Origin: the human T2T-CHM13v2.0 reference genome, Homo sapiens | Assembly (NCBI RefSeq): GCF_009914755.1 | Contig: NC_060938.1 | Strand: one strand, 5' to 3' | DNA: 64,000 nt | Shown here: positions 36,002-48,799 of the stretch, in pieces | Position numbering within the stretch: the first letter of the stretch is position 1 | How the letters are laid out: each line of letters opens with the position of its first letter | Position numbers and translations under genes: made by a program | The notes under the pieces: generated by a model | Seen by the model: only the letters and a program-made list of their open reading frames with translations | Database searches by the model: none | What the model was told of the DNA's origin: nothing

Positions 36002-38594
36002 ACGGAGAGAGAAAGAGAGAATTTAGGGAAAAGATGATATATGATGATGATAAGTGGATAAGTAATTGGGCTAATTTAACAGAAAAATCTTTCTGTTGGT
36101 CTGCTCTGAAATCTAGCTTTACTATGAAATAACTTTTACAACAGAGGTATTCAAAAAATCAAAAGAAAGAAAGGATTATGAATTAACAATAATAATGAAA
36201 AAAGGAAACAAGATAGACAATGGGGACATAAAAAATGACAGGGAGAGATAGGAACAGGAAAAGAGACAAACAGGGGAGGGGGGAACTAATATCCTCTCTT
36301 TTTATGTTTTTCTCTTGTTCTTTCAGTGACTCAGATAAGATTCCCCATTTGGCCAAACAATTGTGTTGATCAGCAGCTGATGATGGTGACCTAGAAATGA
36401 CCGAACTCCTAGGTAGATACAGATTATTGTCCAGAAGAATTATGGGCGATCAATCTAAACAGATACACATCTTTTTTGTTTTTTTTTTGTAACCAAATAG
36501 ATTCATAATTTTAAAATTCAACAAGCAAAAGGAAAACAAGGACATTTAAAAAGTAAAGCAAATAAGCATAAAACCTCATTTTAGCTGGTATTCTTTGAGA
36601 AGACAAGAGATTATGCTGATAAGGCCAAGAAAGAACTAAAAGGGAAAAGCTAACCTTGTGAAGTGGAATCTCAACTATGACAATAGGCTTGCAGTTTGTT
36701 TCAACAAAATAATATGAAAATGTAACTCTGGTGCAGAATTATTTTGGATCCCCTCCTCCAAATAGACACCAGATTATATTGTTTGCCTTATTTTAAACCT
36801 GGAAGCTTGTCATAGGGCACAATTTTTTTCCAATGAAATACACTAGATAACTTATTGTCATAAATTGATCCTTTCAATTATTTTATTTTAGCAACTCCGT
36901 TGGCTCCAATGCTTGAAAATCTATGGAATGACTCTCATCACTTATAGATGGCAGAGGGATGAGTCACAATGTTTAAAGCCAAGCTAGATTTACACAGAGA
37001 AAAAAAATAGACCCTCTCATGAATCTTAGGAATCGTTTTACTGTCTTATACTCAAATAATAATTTTTTAACCATGGGTCTAAAATGGTTAAAAAATAAAT
37101 CAAATTCTAAAAGAATCCCAAAAGCATAAAGTCTTTTTTTTTTTTAATCAAAAGCATCTCTGGATCTCTACAATGTAGATAGTTTTATATAGGACTTAGA
37201 ATTTCCACATTTTCTGAACCTTAATATTTGATTCTTCACATTTTAATGTTTTATATGTTGAGAAAATTTTTTCATTGACTTGTACATTGAATATAATCTA
37301 TCTTTTATGGAAAAACAGTTAAGTCTGTGTGATTCTTAAAGTAAAAAAATTACAAAATATAATCTATAGATGAAATAGTAAATTATAAAATAAAATATAG
37401 GTAAGAATTAAGTGTATTATGCTTTATTATTAATATCAAATTCACTTATACTATTAACTCATAAACATGAAGTTAGTAGTAATATTAGAATTACTTTTAT
37501 ATCAAACACAAAAATAAAAAAAGTTTACAGCATGTACCTGGGTAACTCCAGCAAATTTCTTAACATTTTTCATTTAAGCAAAGGAATTCTTCATGTCAGA
37601 GTGGAGATTTGGGGAACTTTTTCTCTGCCTCCATCAAAACTTTGAATCATTGAACACGACTTAAATTTTTATCATTCAGATTTAAAAACCATGATTCCTA
37701 ACTGCTTTGCCTACTGGTAATTTTCACAGAGACAGAGGAGGGTGTAAAAGTCCGGAAAATGTTGAGCAATATTTATCTGGAAGGGAACTTATAAAAGTAG
37801 TGAATACAGCAAATACAGCAGAACACCCTGCACAGCTCAGCTCTCACTAAGGAGAAAGTGGCCATGGCCTTAAACAAAGCAGAGATCACTGACAAAGAGC
37901 TCCGACTGTAGAGGTTGCATCTGTTTGCCCCATATTTTAACTTTATTTTGGAATGCTGACATTTGGAGTGACTCTGATTGGTCTGGAATTAGCCCTCTTA
38001 TCGTGTGAAACATCTGTACTGTATTGTTCCAGGGGATTAGCTGCCCCTGGGGATTCTGTGAAGTCAGGACAATGGAGGTCATTAAAGGTGCAAACATTTA
38101 TTTTCCGGCCTCTGGTTCTGCAGGAGAAAGCCAGTCAGCCGCCGATGGATTTCTTTCTTTTTTTCTCTTTTAATCCAAAGCTCAGCATTCTTGCAAATAA
38201 CAACGAAATAACAGTGAACCCAACTAGAGTTGTTACACTGGAATTGATGACTTTAGGAATTTAGGATTATTTCCAGGCCAAAGAAGAGGAGAGAGAAAAA
38301 TCCCAGAGTCCGTGTCAAAAGTTTGGAGTTGAAAGGAAATGAGATCCTGTCTGTCAAGAGTGGTGCTTGAGAGGATTCTGGGTGATACAATGGGACACAG
38401 CCTTAGGTGGAATTGCAATTAAATTATTTTCCTTCTGAAGTTTCCCTACTTGAAATCAACATTTTTTTCCCTTTCATCTGGTATCACTAATTTCATCAAT
38501 AGTCCTCTCTCTAAATCTTCTGAGAGTAGACTCATATCTGCTAACACAGATAAAACCTGAGAGGAAACAATGTGTGCAGAAATGAGATTCCTAG

Positions 38595-39041
38595 TGTTTT
38601 GGGTTGAATTGTGTCTCCCCCAAAATGATATGATGAAGTGGTAACCTCCAGTACCTCCGAATGCAACCTTCTTTTGAAGTAGAGTTGTTGTAGATGCAAC
38701 TAGTCAAGATGAGGTCATACTGGAGTAAGGGGGGCAGCTAATCCAATATAATTGGGGTGCATAGGAAAATGGAGCCACATAAAGCCAGAAACACACAGGA
38801 AAAACACTGTGTAATGATGATGAAACAGATTGGAGTTATACAGCTGCAAGCCAAAGCCTGCAAAGATGGCCAGCAAACCACCAGAGCCAGGAAGAGGCCA
38901 GGAACGATTGCCGTAGAGATTTCAGAGGGGGCATGGCCCTGCAGACACCTTGATTTTTGACTAAAAGCCCGTAGAGATGTGAAACAATAAGATTCTGTTA
39001 TTTTAACTCCCAGTTTGTGGTCCTTTGTTAAATGGGACCTA
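38595..39041 (+). mobile_element. MLT1C-like LTR
   Basis: TGTTTTGGGTTGAATTGTGTCTCCCCCAAAA; GATGAGGTCATACTGGAGTA; CAGCTGCAAGCCAA; GCATGGCCCTGCAGACACCTTGATTTT. Confidence 0.88.
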
Positions 39042-39360
39042 CAGTTAAATTCAGGTTACCCTGATTGCAAAAACGACCTGTCTGTACATCCTTTTACCTT
39101 ATAAGTTGTTGTATTAGGGACAAAGTATGGGTAGAGTAGGTATGATAAGTGGTGGTGGTATTGAAACATAAAATTAATTCCTCAAACAAATATGGCATCT
39201 CCCAATTCTCTCTGCATATTAAAGGACATTCTTTAATGATCTATCCACTAGTCTGCTCTGAACAGCTCTCTAAATAATATGAGCCTACCACCTTTGGAAG
39301 ATTGACTGCTTTCGAGCTCTGCAGGGTGCATTAGTTAAATGCCAATTACATTTACTAGAC

Positions 39361-39647
39361 CAATACTTTTCAAACTGTGGTTAGTGACCATTAATGAGTG
39401 ATAAAATCCATTTAATGAGTTATCCTCTTCTGCCACCCTGACAAAAGAAGGAAACCAAATAAAGTGAAACACAATAGCAATTTTGAAGTGCACTTTTACA
39501 CTCTCCAAGTACTACTTTGGAAATATTTATGTCTATGACTATGTGTCCTGGGGGCTGGGGAGTAGGAGATATTATGTCTGTTCTAACTTGTGATATAAAA
39601 TGCATTTCTTATTATGGGTCACAGAAAAACATATTTGAAAGCCACAG
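39361..39647. mobile_element. hAT-Charlie DNA transposon fossil (Charlie4z-like)
   Basis: Degenerate terminal inverted repeats CAATACTTTTCAAAC ... TTTGAAAGCCACAG; AAAATGCATTTCTTATTATGGGTCAC. Confidence 0.6.
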
Positions 39648-40329
39648 GGTTAGGCCATATTTCATATCTGAATACTACTTTATTACACTAAGAAATCTAG
39701 AATAAATGGAAGTAAATGTAATGTTTTATAGAAAGTGTTATTAATGATGCAGTGATTCCTAAGATGTTGATTATTTTTACAAATCATATAAACCTGTAGA
39801 TTTGTAATGAGAGAAAAAGTTTCCATGACTGTCAAATTGCTGTTTCTCCAATCCCAGGACTTGCCAAAAAGTGTAAAATGTCATGAAATTTTATATTTGC
39901 TTTTCAGATGAGTTTCCCTAGTTATTCATGCCTCCTGCTCTAGAAACAATAGGACAATAGGCCTGTTATTGTAAATATTTTCAAACCTTGAATATACAAT
40001 ATCAAAAAACAGAACAAAAACAAAACATCAGCAACAAATAACACTCATAAACAAAATGAGAACTTTCAAAATAAAGCATCTAATAATGAACAAATAAATG
40101 GCTGATTGTTTAACTGGATATTCTCCTCTGCCTAATGTGAAAGAATCTATTGTTGGTCCCTCAAAGGTTATCTTGTCAATTCCTTCTAGGGCGAAGTGAC
40201 AGGTTTAGCAGCCCACAGAAATGAAATGTCTTACCAAACAACACAATCTCAAAGAAAAAGCCAGATCTTATCTTGGGGCCCTAATTCCCAGACTTGTCCT
40301 CCTGAGGCTTGAATTTCTTTCTTATACAA

Positions 40330-41102
40330 CATAGCCAAATCAATAACTTTTTTGAAAGAGAGATACAAATTACTAAAATTGATAAAAGAAGAAATAGAAA
40401 ATCTGAGTAGGGTTATAACAAGTAACACAAATAAATTAGTTATTAAAACTCTTCCTAGAAAGAACAGGTCCATTCCACATGGCTTCACTGGAGAGGGTCC
40501 TAACAAATGTTTAAAGAAGAAATATCAGTCCTTACAAAGTATTTCAGAAAACAGAGAAGGAAATACTTTACAACTCACTTTTGAAGATCGGTATTAGTCT
40601 GATACCGAAGTCAGATCAAGACATCACGAGAAAACTACAGACCAATAACACAGAAGCAAAAATCTATGTTATTTCAAAAATATAGACAAAATATGTGGCC
40701 ATTAACAATATTAGCAAATAGAATCTTTCAACATATAAAACTATGATATATCAGAACTAAATAGAATTTGTAATGGGAATGAAAGATTGGTTTAAAATTT
40801 TAAAAGCACTTAATGTAACACACTATTTTAATAAAATAAAGAACAAAATAATCACACATTTATTTCAACAAATATATTTAGAAATACTTGAGAAACTCAA
40901 GATCCATTTCTGATAAATGGTCTCAACTACTAGAAAGTGAAGGCAACTTCCTCACCTTAATAACAGTATCTAGAAAATCTACAGTAAACATCACCTTTGG
41001 TGGTTTAAGACTGAGTGTAAGGTTAGGAACAAGGCAAAAATAACTGCTCCTGACACGTCCATTTAAAATTGCACTAAAGATTCTAGCCAGTGAAATATGA
41101 CA

Positions 41103-41133
<31 letters not shown>

Positions 41134-43297
41134 TAAAAGTTATACAGTTTGGAAGGAGATATGAAAACCGATTTTATTTTCGGGTGATGTGGTCCCGAAT
41201 GCCAAAATCCTAAAGAATTCACAAAATTCCTGCTAGAACTAATCATTGAGTTAAAAAAAATGACAATATACAAACTCAGTACACAAAAATAAACACTATA
41301 TTCATACTATAGCAATAAACAATCATTAAATAAAATTTTAAATTATAATAGCATCAAAAAATACTTAAGAATAAAATTAACCAAAAAGCGTAAGACCTGT
41401 GCACTAATATAAAACATTGCTAAAGATTTAAATAAATGGAGACATCCCATTTTTTATATACGTAAACACTAAATTATGAAGACGGCTCTTTTCAAATTTT
41501 TCTATATATTGAATGAACCCCTATTAAAATCCAGCCAATTTTAAAATAGAAATTTATAAGCTGATTCCAAAATGGTCATGAAAATGAGAAGGGTCCAGGA
41601 TAGACAAAACAATTTTGAAAATAACAAAGTGAAGGACTTACACTACCTGATTGCAGAAACTACTAAAAAGCTACAGTAATCAAGACAGTGAGGAAACTGA
41701 TGAAGACACAGGTACACAAATCAATGAAGCAAAATTAACATCCAGAAATAAACTCTTACATTTATGGCCAACCAATTTGCACCTAAGATGCCAAGGAAAT
41801 TCAATGGGAGATTTTTCAACAAATGATGCTGTGGCAATAGAAATTTATTATATAAAGGGATGAATTTAGTCCTAAATGCCATAATTTTTTTTTCTTAAGT
41901 TCGACTTAAAGTAAAATGAGTGCACTGCAACAGACAGCATTTCAACAAGTCACAAACTGCAAGGAAATATTTATAAATCATATCACTGATAAAATACCCA
42001 TGTCCAGACCAGCTCTCACAACTCATGGTATGAAAATAAATCACCCATTTGGAAATGAGCAAAAGATGTTCTACAGTTTCCTAGTATTGATAAGAAAGTA
42101 CCACAAACTAGGCGGCTTAAAACAACAGAAGTTTATTGTCTTGCTTTTCTGGAAGCTGTAAGTCCAAAATCTAAGTGTCAGCAGGGCCATGCTCCCTCTG
42201 AAACTCTGAGTGGAATCCACCCTTGCCTCTTTCTAGGTTCTTGTGGTTGCCCTCAATCCTTGGCGATTCTCCACTTGCAGCTGCATCGCTCCAACCTCTT
42301 CCTCTGTCCTATATGGTAATGTCTGCTAAGTCTGCGTCTTCACATGGCATTTTCCTCCCTGTGTGTCTCTACTCTTCTGAAGGACATGAACCACATTGGA
42401 TTAAGGCCCATCCTATTCTAGTACAACCTCCATCTTAACTTATTACATCGGTGAAGACCCTATTTCCAAATAAGGTTATATTTCTAAGTACTGTGTGTTA
42501 AGACTCCAAAATATCTTTTAGAGGACACAATTCAACCCATAGGACATGTAAATAGACATTTCACCAAAAATATATAATCAATAAGCACATAAAATGATGT
42601 TCAGCATCCTTAATCATTAGGGTAATGCAATTAAAACTATATTAAGATATCACTTCATACACATTTTACTGGCTATAATAAAAATTATAGGCAATAACAA
42701 GTATCAGATAGAATGTAGAGAAACTATAAACTAGCTACATTGCTCCTAGGAATGTAAAATTATAGAAGTCTGGCATTTTCCAGTAACCCCTCTCCTAGAT
42801 ATCTATAAAAGAGAAAGGAAAATATATAACCACACAGAGGTTATACATAAATATTCATAGTAACATTAAATATAATCACCAAAAATCTTAAACAATTTAA
42901 ATGTCCATTGATTCGTGAATGGATAAACAAAATGTGATTTATCCACAAGATGGTATACCATTCAGCAATAAAATCGAACATGCTATAACATGGATGCATC
43001 ATAATAACATAATACTAAGGGAAGGAAGTCATATTTGAAATGCTATATATTGTGTAATTCACTTTAAATGAAAAGCCCAGAAGAGCTAAATCTCTAGACA
43101 AAAAAATCAGTGGTTTCCTGGGTTAGGTGTCCGAGTGGGAATTGACTGCAGAATGGAATGGAGGTTGGGGTGATGAAAATGTTCTAAAACTGGACTGTGG
43201 TGATGCTTTTACAGCTCTGCAAATTTACTAAAAAATATTTTTGTGTATTTAAATTAGGGGATTGGCATATACATTATGTCTCAATAGAACTATAAAA
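40330..43297 (+). mobile_element. L1ME1-like element (ORF2 remnant through 3' UTR), split by MLT1C
   Basis: ORF 40352-40597 YKLLKLIKEEIENLSRVITS...TLPRKNRSIPHGFTGE resembles L1 ORF2p (YTLPRLNQEEVESLNRPIT...LPTKKSPGPDGFTAE); 3' UTR GTGATGAAAATGTTCTAAAACTGGACTGTGGTGATG. Confidence 0.88.
42067..42544 (-). mobile_element. MLT1C-like LTR inserted in L1
   Basis: TACCACAAACTAGGCGGCTTAAAACAACAGAAGTTTATT; GTCAGCAGGGCCATGCTCCCTCTGAA; ends GACACAATTCAACCCATA. Confidence 0.9.
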
Positions 43298-43299
43298 CA

Positions 43300-43455
43300 T
43301 TTACCAGAGAGGGTAGGTGGTGGAGCGGTATAGACGAAATCAGCTTGGGAAAAATACTGACAATCATTGAAGCTGGATGATAACTAGTGGGGACTAATTA
43401 TAGTATTCTTTTACTATTGTGTGAAATTCATTTCGCCTAGTAATTTTTAAAGAAA
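43300..43455 (+). mobile_element. L1MC4/5-like 3' end fragment
   Basis: GGTATAGACGAAA...CAATCATTGAAGCTGGATGAT...ATTATAGTATTCTTTTACT. Confidence 0.55.
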
Positions 43456-43459
43456 AATT

Positions 43460-44350
43460 AATGATATAAGCTTCTACTTCAAGCTCCTACTAGGCAAAAC
43501 AACAAGTTAAAAATAATGTAAGCATTAAAATGCAAATAAGGCCAGATGTGGTGGCTCCCACCTGTAATCCTAACACATTCAAAGCCCTAGGTGGAAAGAT
43601 TGCTTGAGGCCAGGAGTTTGAGACCAGCCTAAGCAACACAGCAAGATCTCATGTCTATAAACTAAAAAAAAAGAAAAATTTAATTAGCTGGGCATGGTTG
43701 TGTGAGCCTGTAGTCCTGGCTACTTGAGAGGGTGAGGTGGGAGGATTGCTCCATCTGAGGAGTTTGAGGCTGCAGTGAGCTAGAACCATGCCACGGCACT
43801 CCAGCCTGGGCAGCAGAGCAAAACCCTGTCTCAAAAATAAGTAAATAAATAAAATAAAATAACAAATTTAAAAAGAAAGCAAATAGTAAAGATAAAACAA
43901 TAAATCAATAAAATTGAAACCAGAGACAAAACAAAAGACATTCAATAAAGCCCAAAGTTGATTCTTTGAAAAAGTCAATAGAATTGATAAACTCCAAATA
44001 AGTGAGAAGAAAAAAGGAAAAAAAAAACTATAGTGGAGATTACTACAAATTTTACAGACATTAATAAGGATATAAGACATTATAAAAATATCATGTAATA
44101 AATATGACAGGGTACACAAAGTGAACAGATTCTCTGAAAAACACATCTTATAATACTTGTCCAAAAAGATACCAGAAATCTCAATAGTCGTATAGCTGAT
44201 AAAGAAAATGAACCTATAATCATAGGTTCATTAGAAACCATCCCAAGAGGGCATTTCACTTAAATGGCTTCACGTGTGAATTCTTCCAAACATTTAAGAA
44301 AGAAATAATATTATTCTACCAACGTTTACAGTAGACAATAAGGAAAAGCT
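43460..44350 (+). mobile_element. Second old L1M ORF2 fragment, split by AluJ
   Basis: AAAGTTGATTCTTTGAAAAAGTCAATAGAATTGATAAAC; ATGGCTTCACGTGTGAATTCTTCCAAACATTTAAGAAAGAAATAATA. Confidence 0.75.
43540..43863 (+). mobile_element. AluJ
   Basis: Sense Alu dimer with J-type right arm (GAGGCTGCAGTGAGCTA) and a (TAAAA)n tail. Confidence 0.95.
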
Positions 44351-44459
44351 CATATGCATATAAATGCATATTACATAATATGATATGACATGATATGATT
44401 ACAGTATTATTTTAGTTATAAAATCAGCATAAACTTATTTTAGAAAATTAGAGAATAGA

Positions 44460-44760
44460 GGCTGGGCACGGTGGCTCACGCCTGTAATCCCTGCACTTTG
44501 GGAGGCCGAGGCAGGTGGATCATGAGGTCAGGAGTTTGAGACCAGCCTGGCCAACATGGTGAAACCCCGTCTCTACTAAAAATACAAAAAAAACTAGCCG
44601 GGTGTGGTGGCGGGCGCCTGTAGTCCCAGCTCCTAGGGAAGCTGAGGCAGGAGAATTGTCTGAACCCGGAGGCGAAGGTTGCAGTGAGCCGAGATTGCGC
44701 CACTGCACCACTCCAGCCTGGGTGACAAAGCAAGAATCCGTCTCAAAAAAAAAAAAAGAA
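44460..44760 (+). mobile_element. AluS (Sg-like), full length
   Basis: Sense Alu dimer; TSD AGAAAATTA[G/A]AGAATA at 44442 and 44761. Confidence 0.97.
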
Positions 44761-45002
44761 AGAAAATTAAAGAATAAAGATAAATATGATAAAAAGTAAG
44801 TAACTCAATTTCTCACTTCCTAGACATTATTCCTGGTAACTTTTTTTATTTTTTAATTTTTGTAATTTTTATGCATGATCTTCATATAGGTAAAGTCATA
44901 AACTTTATGCACTATTTTTCTTTCTTTTTTCACATAATAATATAGTCCTTTTCTTGTGATTATAAAAAACATAATGGAATACTCTCATTCTGTTACAGAT
45001 GT

Positions 45003-45200
45003 AATAAGAGTAGATCACTTACAGGATTATATACACAATGTTCTAAGAGCATAACTATATCACTTCATTTGAGTCTCACAAAATACTATACAGTTGTGTA
45101 TTTACAGGTGTAGAAAAATGAGGGACGCACAGGTTAAGTAATATGCCCTGAGCTACACAGCCAGTTACTGACAGAGACACATTCTCAACCACCATACTAG
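45003..45200 (-). mobile_element. MIR
   Basis: TTCATTTGAGTCTCACAA...TTTACAGGTGTAGAAAAATGAGG...GGTTAAGTAATATGCCCTGAGCTACACAGC. Confidence 0.75.
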
Positions 45201-45764
45201 ACTCCTTTCTAATTTACTCATCCTCTCCTCTAGTGTAGACACTTAGTCTTGACTGTCACGTGTAAGGCTGTCTACAGCTTGGATTGAGTGTGTTTCTTAG
45301 TAATTAAATTTTCTTCTATGTTCTAGGAATTTCCCCTGTGGGAAAAATCCATCTTGAGCAAAAATAGTGAGTACATTTGTATCACTCTGTGAGATCCTTT
45401 GTCTCCTTTTTTAAAAGGAGCTTCTTTTGAGCTTCTTTTTAAAGGAGCTTCTTTTGAGAGCTAAGTGTCCCTGAAATTATGTACTAGAGGAGAAATAAGC
45501 AAACCACCTCCACCAAGTGACAGTTCAGTTTATTTAAAATAAAGTATTGTAGTTACAAGCAATTTTTTTGTTTCACTTCTTACCATCTGATTTCAAAATT
45601 AAGTCACTTAATTTTTTTCTTTACACCTTGAATTATTTGTCACTATAGAAACAGCATAGCTGACACAAAATTGTTTAATATATGTCTGTTTAATTTTAAA
45701 AAATATTTTTTGCCGGACTACTTTTTAAGTAATTTATATTGATTTTATTTCTGCCACTTGGAAA

Positions 45765-45865
45765 TATATATTACACACACATATAGACATATATATATAT
45801 ACACACACATACCTACACACACACAAACACATATATATACACACGTATATGTATTACATATATAA
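45765..45865. repeat. (CA)n/(TA)n mixed low complexity
   Basis: Directly visible. Confidence 0.9.
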
Positions 45866-45934
45866 ATCAGAATTCATATTAATTTGTTTAAATTTTCATC
45901 TGAATTATTTGGGGGTAATTGAATAAAAAGTATT

Positions 45935-46160
45935 ATTATTGAAAGTTTATTGTAGGCCAAGTACTATGTCAAATAGTTGGCATGTTGTATTATATTAATT
46001 TATTTAATATTCTTTATAATATTGTGAAGTTAGTGTTACAATTGAGAAACCCAGGTACCCTTAAGTAGCTTGAGATTTTAGGTAAATTTTTCAAAGTTGC
46101 AGAGTCAACTCAGTCAGAATTCTAAACACATGCTTTTTGATTTCAAAGCCTATAACCAGT
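45935..46160 (-). mobile_element. MIR
   Basis: TTATTGTAGGCCAAGTACTATGTCAAA...TGAGAAACCCAGG...GAATTCTAAACACATGCTTTTTGATTTCAAAGCC. Confidence 0.6.
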
Positions 46161-46265
46161 ACCTCAGGACAATACTGTCATGGTGGAATAGATTGTCAAT
46201 TGGCAATATAGTCTAGAACTGTTTGCTAGATTAACATACAAACTGAAATAAGTGTTGTAATACGG

Positions 46266-46432
46266 CAGTTGATCTTAACTCTGGATGCATTTTTGAATTA
46301 TCGGGGAAGCTTTTAAGATACTGAAGCCTGGGCACCAACTCACATAAATTAAATCAGAAAGCTAAGACACCAAGTTTAAATATCAGTACTTTTAAAAACC
46401 ATTTCAGTGTGAAGTCAGAGTAGATGACTATT
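46266..46432. mobile_element. MER5-like hAT-Charlie MITE
   Basis: CAGTTGATCTTAACTCTGGATGCATTTTTGAATTATCGGGGAAGCTTT...AATTAAATCAGAA. Confidence 0.7.
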
Positions 46433-46953
46433 AAAATAAAACATAGTGAGTAAGTAAACACTTCCTTGAAGTTTGCAGACCAAGGAGACACTGTTTTCTC
46501 TACTTCCAATAATAAGATTTAAAAGTTTCCATTTTAGAAACAAACCATCTGCTATTATGACATCATTTATTTAATTAAGATCTGTGAGTAATTTTATTTG
46601 CAAACTCTGGCTAAATCTACTTAGATAAAAATATCATATTAAAGTCTCAAATTTTTTCCATAAATAGTGAGCTATAGCAGTGCAGTTATTAGGGAATAGA
46701 TTCACGGCAGGGTTGGGTTATAAGTATTGTTAGATATTCCCAACTGAGACATTTGGAAATAAGTTAATAAGTAATGAATTAATTAACAAAATATGTAATT
46801 AGACTAAATAAAAGTTTCCAAGTCCAGAGACTCTTAGATACAACTTTCAGAAACAAATAGTGGCAAAGTAGTTATATAAATGAAAATAAGCTAACCATAT
46901 GTCATTTATTATTGAAAATGACAGGTTTTGAAAAGCAGTAACAACATAGTCAG

Positions 46954-47352
46954 TGGTGTGGCTTGAATGTTTGTCCCCTCAACAACTCTTGTTGAAATTT
47001 AGTTACCAGTGTAATAGTATTGGGAGGTAGGACCATTAAGAAGTGATTAGACCATGAGAACTCTGCCCTCATAATTGGATTTAATACCTTTTTAAAAAGT
47101 CTTTTTGGAGTGGGTTATCTTTCTTGCCTCTTTCACTTTTCTCCCATGGGAATAACAATGTCCCTCCTGTCCCTCCCCTTAGAAGGTGGCAGCATTCAGA
47201 AGTGGAGATCAAGCCTTTACTAGACATCAAATCTGCCAGCGCTTTCATCTTGTATTTCCCTCCCTCTAGAACTGTAAAAATTGTAAATTTCTGTTCTTAT
47301 AAATTATCCAGCCTCTAGTGTTCTGTAATAGAAGCAAAAATGGACTAAGACA
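46954..47352 (+). mobile_element. MST-family (MSTC/D-like) MaLR LTR
   Basis: TGTGGCTTGAATGTTTGTCCCCTC...GTGATTAGACCATGAG...CTAGAACTGT...TTATAAATTATCCAG...GGACTAAGACA. Confidence 0.85.
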
Positions 47353-47416
47353 GCCAATAAATCAAATTGCAAAAAAACAAACAAACTAAAAATGGGGGGC
47401 AATATAGCATGCTACA

Positions 47417-47580
47417 GGCTGGGAGCAGTGGCTCACACCTGTAATTCCAGTGATTTGAAAGCAGGAGGCAGGAGGACCACTTGAGACCAGGAGTTCAAGG
47501 ATGCAGTGAGCTATGATGGTGCCACTGCACTCCAGCCTGAGGGATAGAGCAAGATCTTGTCTCAATAATAATAATAATAA
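47417..47580 (+). mobile_element. FRAM/FAM Alu monomer with (TAA)n tail
   Basis: Single monomer GGCTGGGAGCAGTGGCTCACACCTGTAAT...GCCACTGCACTCCAGCCTG...TGTCTC. Confidence 0.9.
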
Positions 47581-48329
47581 ATATGGTACAGTATATGAAC
47601 ACAGTGGAAAGTGGCAAAGCAATTATTTTTGGGGTGGAGGGTAAGACATGACAGCAATTGGTTAATGCACTTCACAGGTAAAATAACTTCTATGGAAGAG
47701 CATCACGTAGTTGATGGGTCCTCTCATTTTTTATTAGTTATTTATATGCAACCAAACTTCGTATTCATTCCTAAGTGATAAAGGGAACTTAATGGCTCAT
47801 AGTTTCAAACAAAAAAGGACAAGGAAAATGGAGAAAATTTATCATGGGCAAATATATTTACATAAGAGAAGTAATTTGGAAGGCTTAGAAGGTTGAAATC
47901 ATAAAAAAATGAAGTTTGATAAGAAGTAATGTTGTCATATTGAGAAGGAAAGAAACTAAGCTGGAAGAGTTTTTATGATAAATTATGTTATGGAGTAATT
48001 GTCCATTCGAACAGGCGAAACTCTAATTTGGTACAGTGAAGATTGGAAAATCACTCTACGATGTATTATAGGAGGTATCTGCATAGGCTAGGACAGGTGA
48101 TCCAATGGTATTTAATTCTAATTATGTACCTTTGAACTTATTTATATCAAAATTAAGCAAATGTATTCTGTTTAATTGTAGCTATTCTGAATAAAATTGC
48201 CACACTTTTCATGCTTTCATCCTTTTGACTAGATTTCATATGATGCTATATAGAAATAACTCTCATGTAAGGAAAACTGCAGAATTACCATTTTGTAGGG
48301 CTTTTCATTGCCAGATATGATTGGAAGTG

Positions 48330-48790
48330 TTGGAGTGAGGCTAAGGTACTTGCCTTGAAGCTGCTTTGGAATAGCAAGGACAATATCTTCCGAAAGGGTC
48401 TGTTGGTTGTTTAATCATCCTACGTTGGGTCTGCATGAGGAAAAACATAGCCAGGAAATACATGGTCATTGGATCTACTGACTTCAAAGAAGTCACCTTC
48501 AACAGGATGACTAAGGTAGATTTGACTCAAGGACCAGAGATGTTGGTGATGGGGTTTACTATGAACATTTTCCTAGAAAAGTCGGTAGTAAAAGATATTG
48601 AATGCTCTTCAAAACATCAGATCTGGAAGATGAATCAGGGCCACCAATGGAAGGTGGAGCCAGAGCCCAATATTAAAAACAGACTGGACAGAATGAGTCT
48701 AAAGTTAGAAGTATCCTGGAAAACATTCAAGAATAATGCTGGCTGACTTAAAACCATAGGGATTATTGCAAGCCCACTTTTGCCACTTCC
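48330..48790 (+). mobile_element. Probable CR1/L3 ORF2 remnant (region between endonuclease and RT)
   Basis: ORF 48435-48746 STDFKEVTF...EKSVVKD...KHQIW...RLDRMSLKL loosely parallels CR1 ORF2 (TLDFRRADF...GKGVQESW..FKH..L...RPAWMSKEL), from recalled consensus. Confidence 0.45.
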
Positions 48791-48799
48791 CAGGACAAA

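Noticed and set aside
45508-45525. CTCF-like CCACCAAGTGACAG (and TTATAGATGGCAG near 36945)
   Set aside because: Mismatches at high-information positions of the motif.
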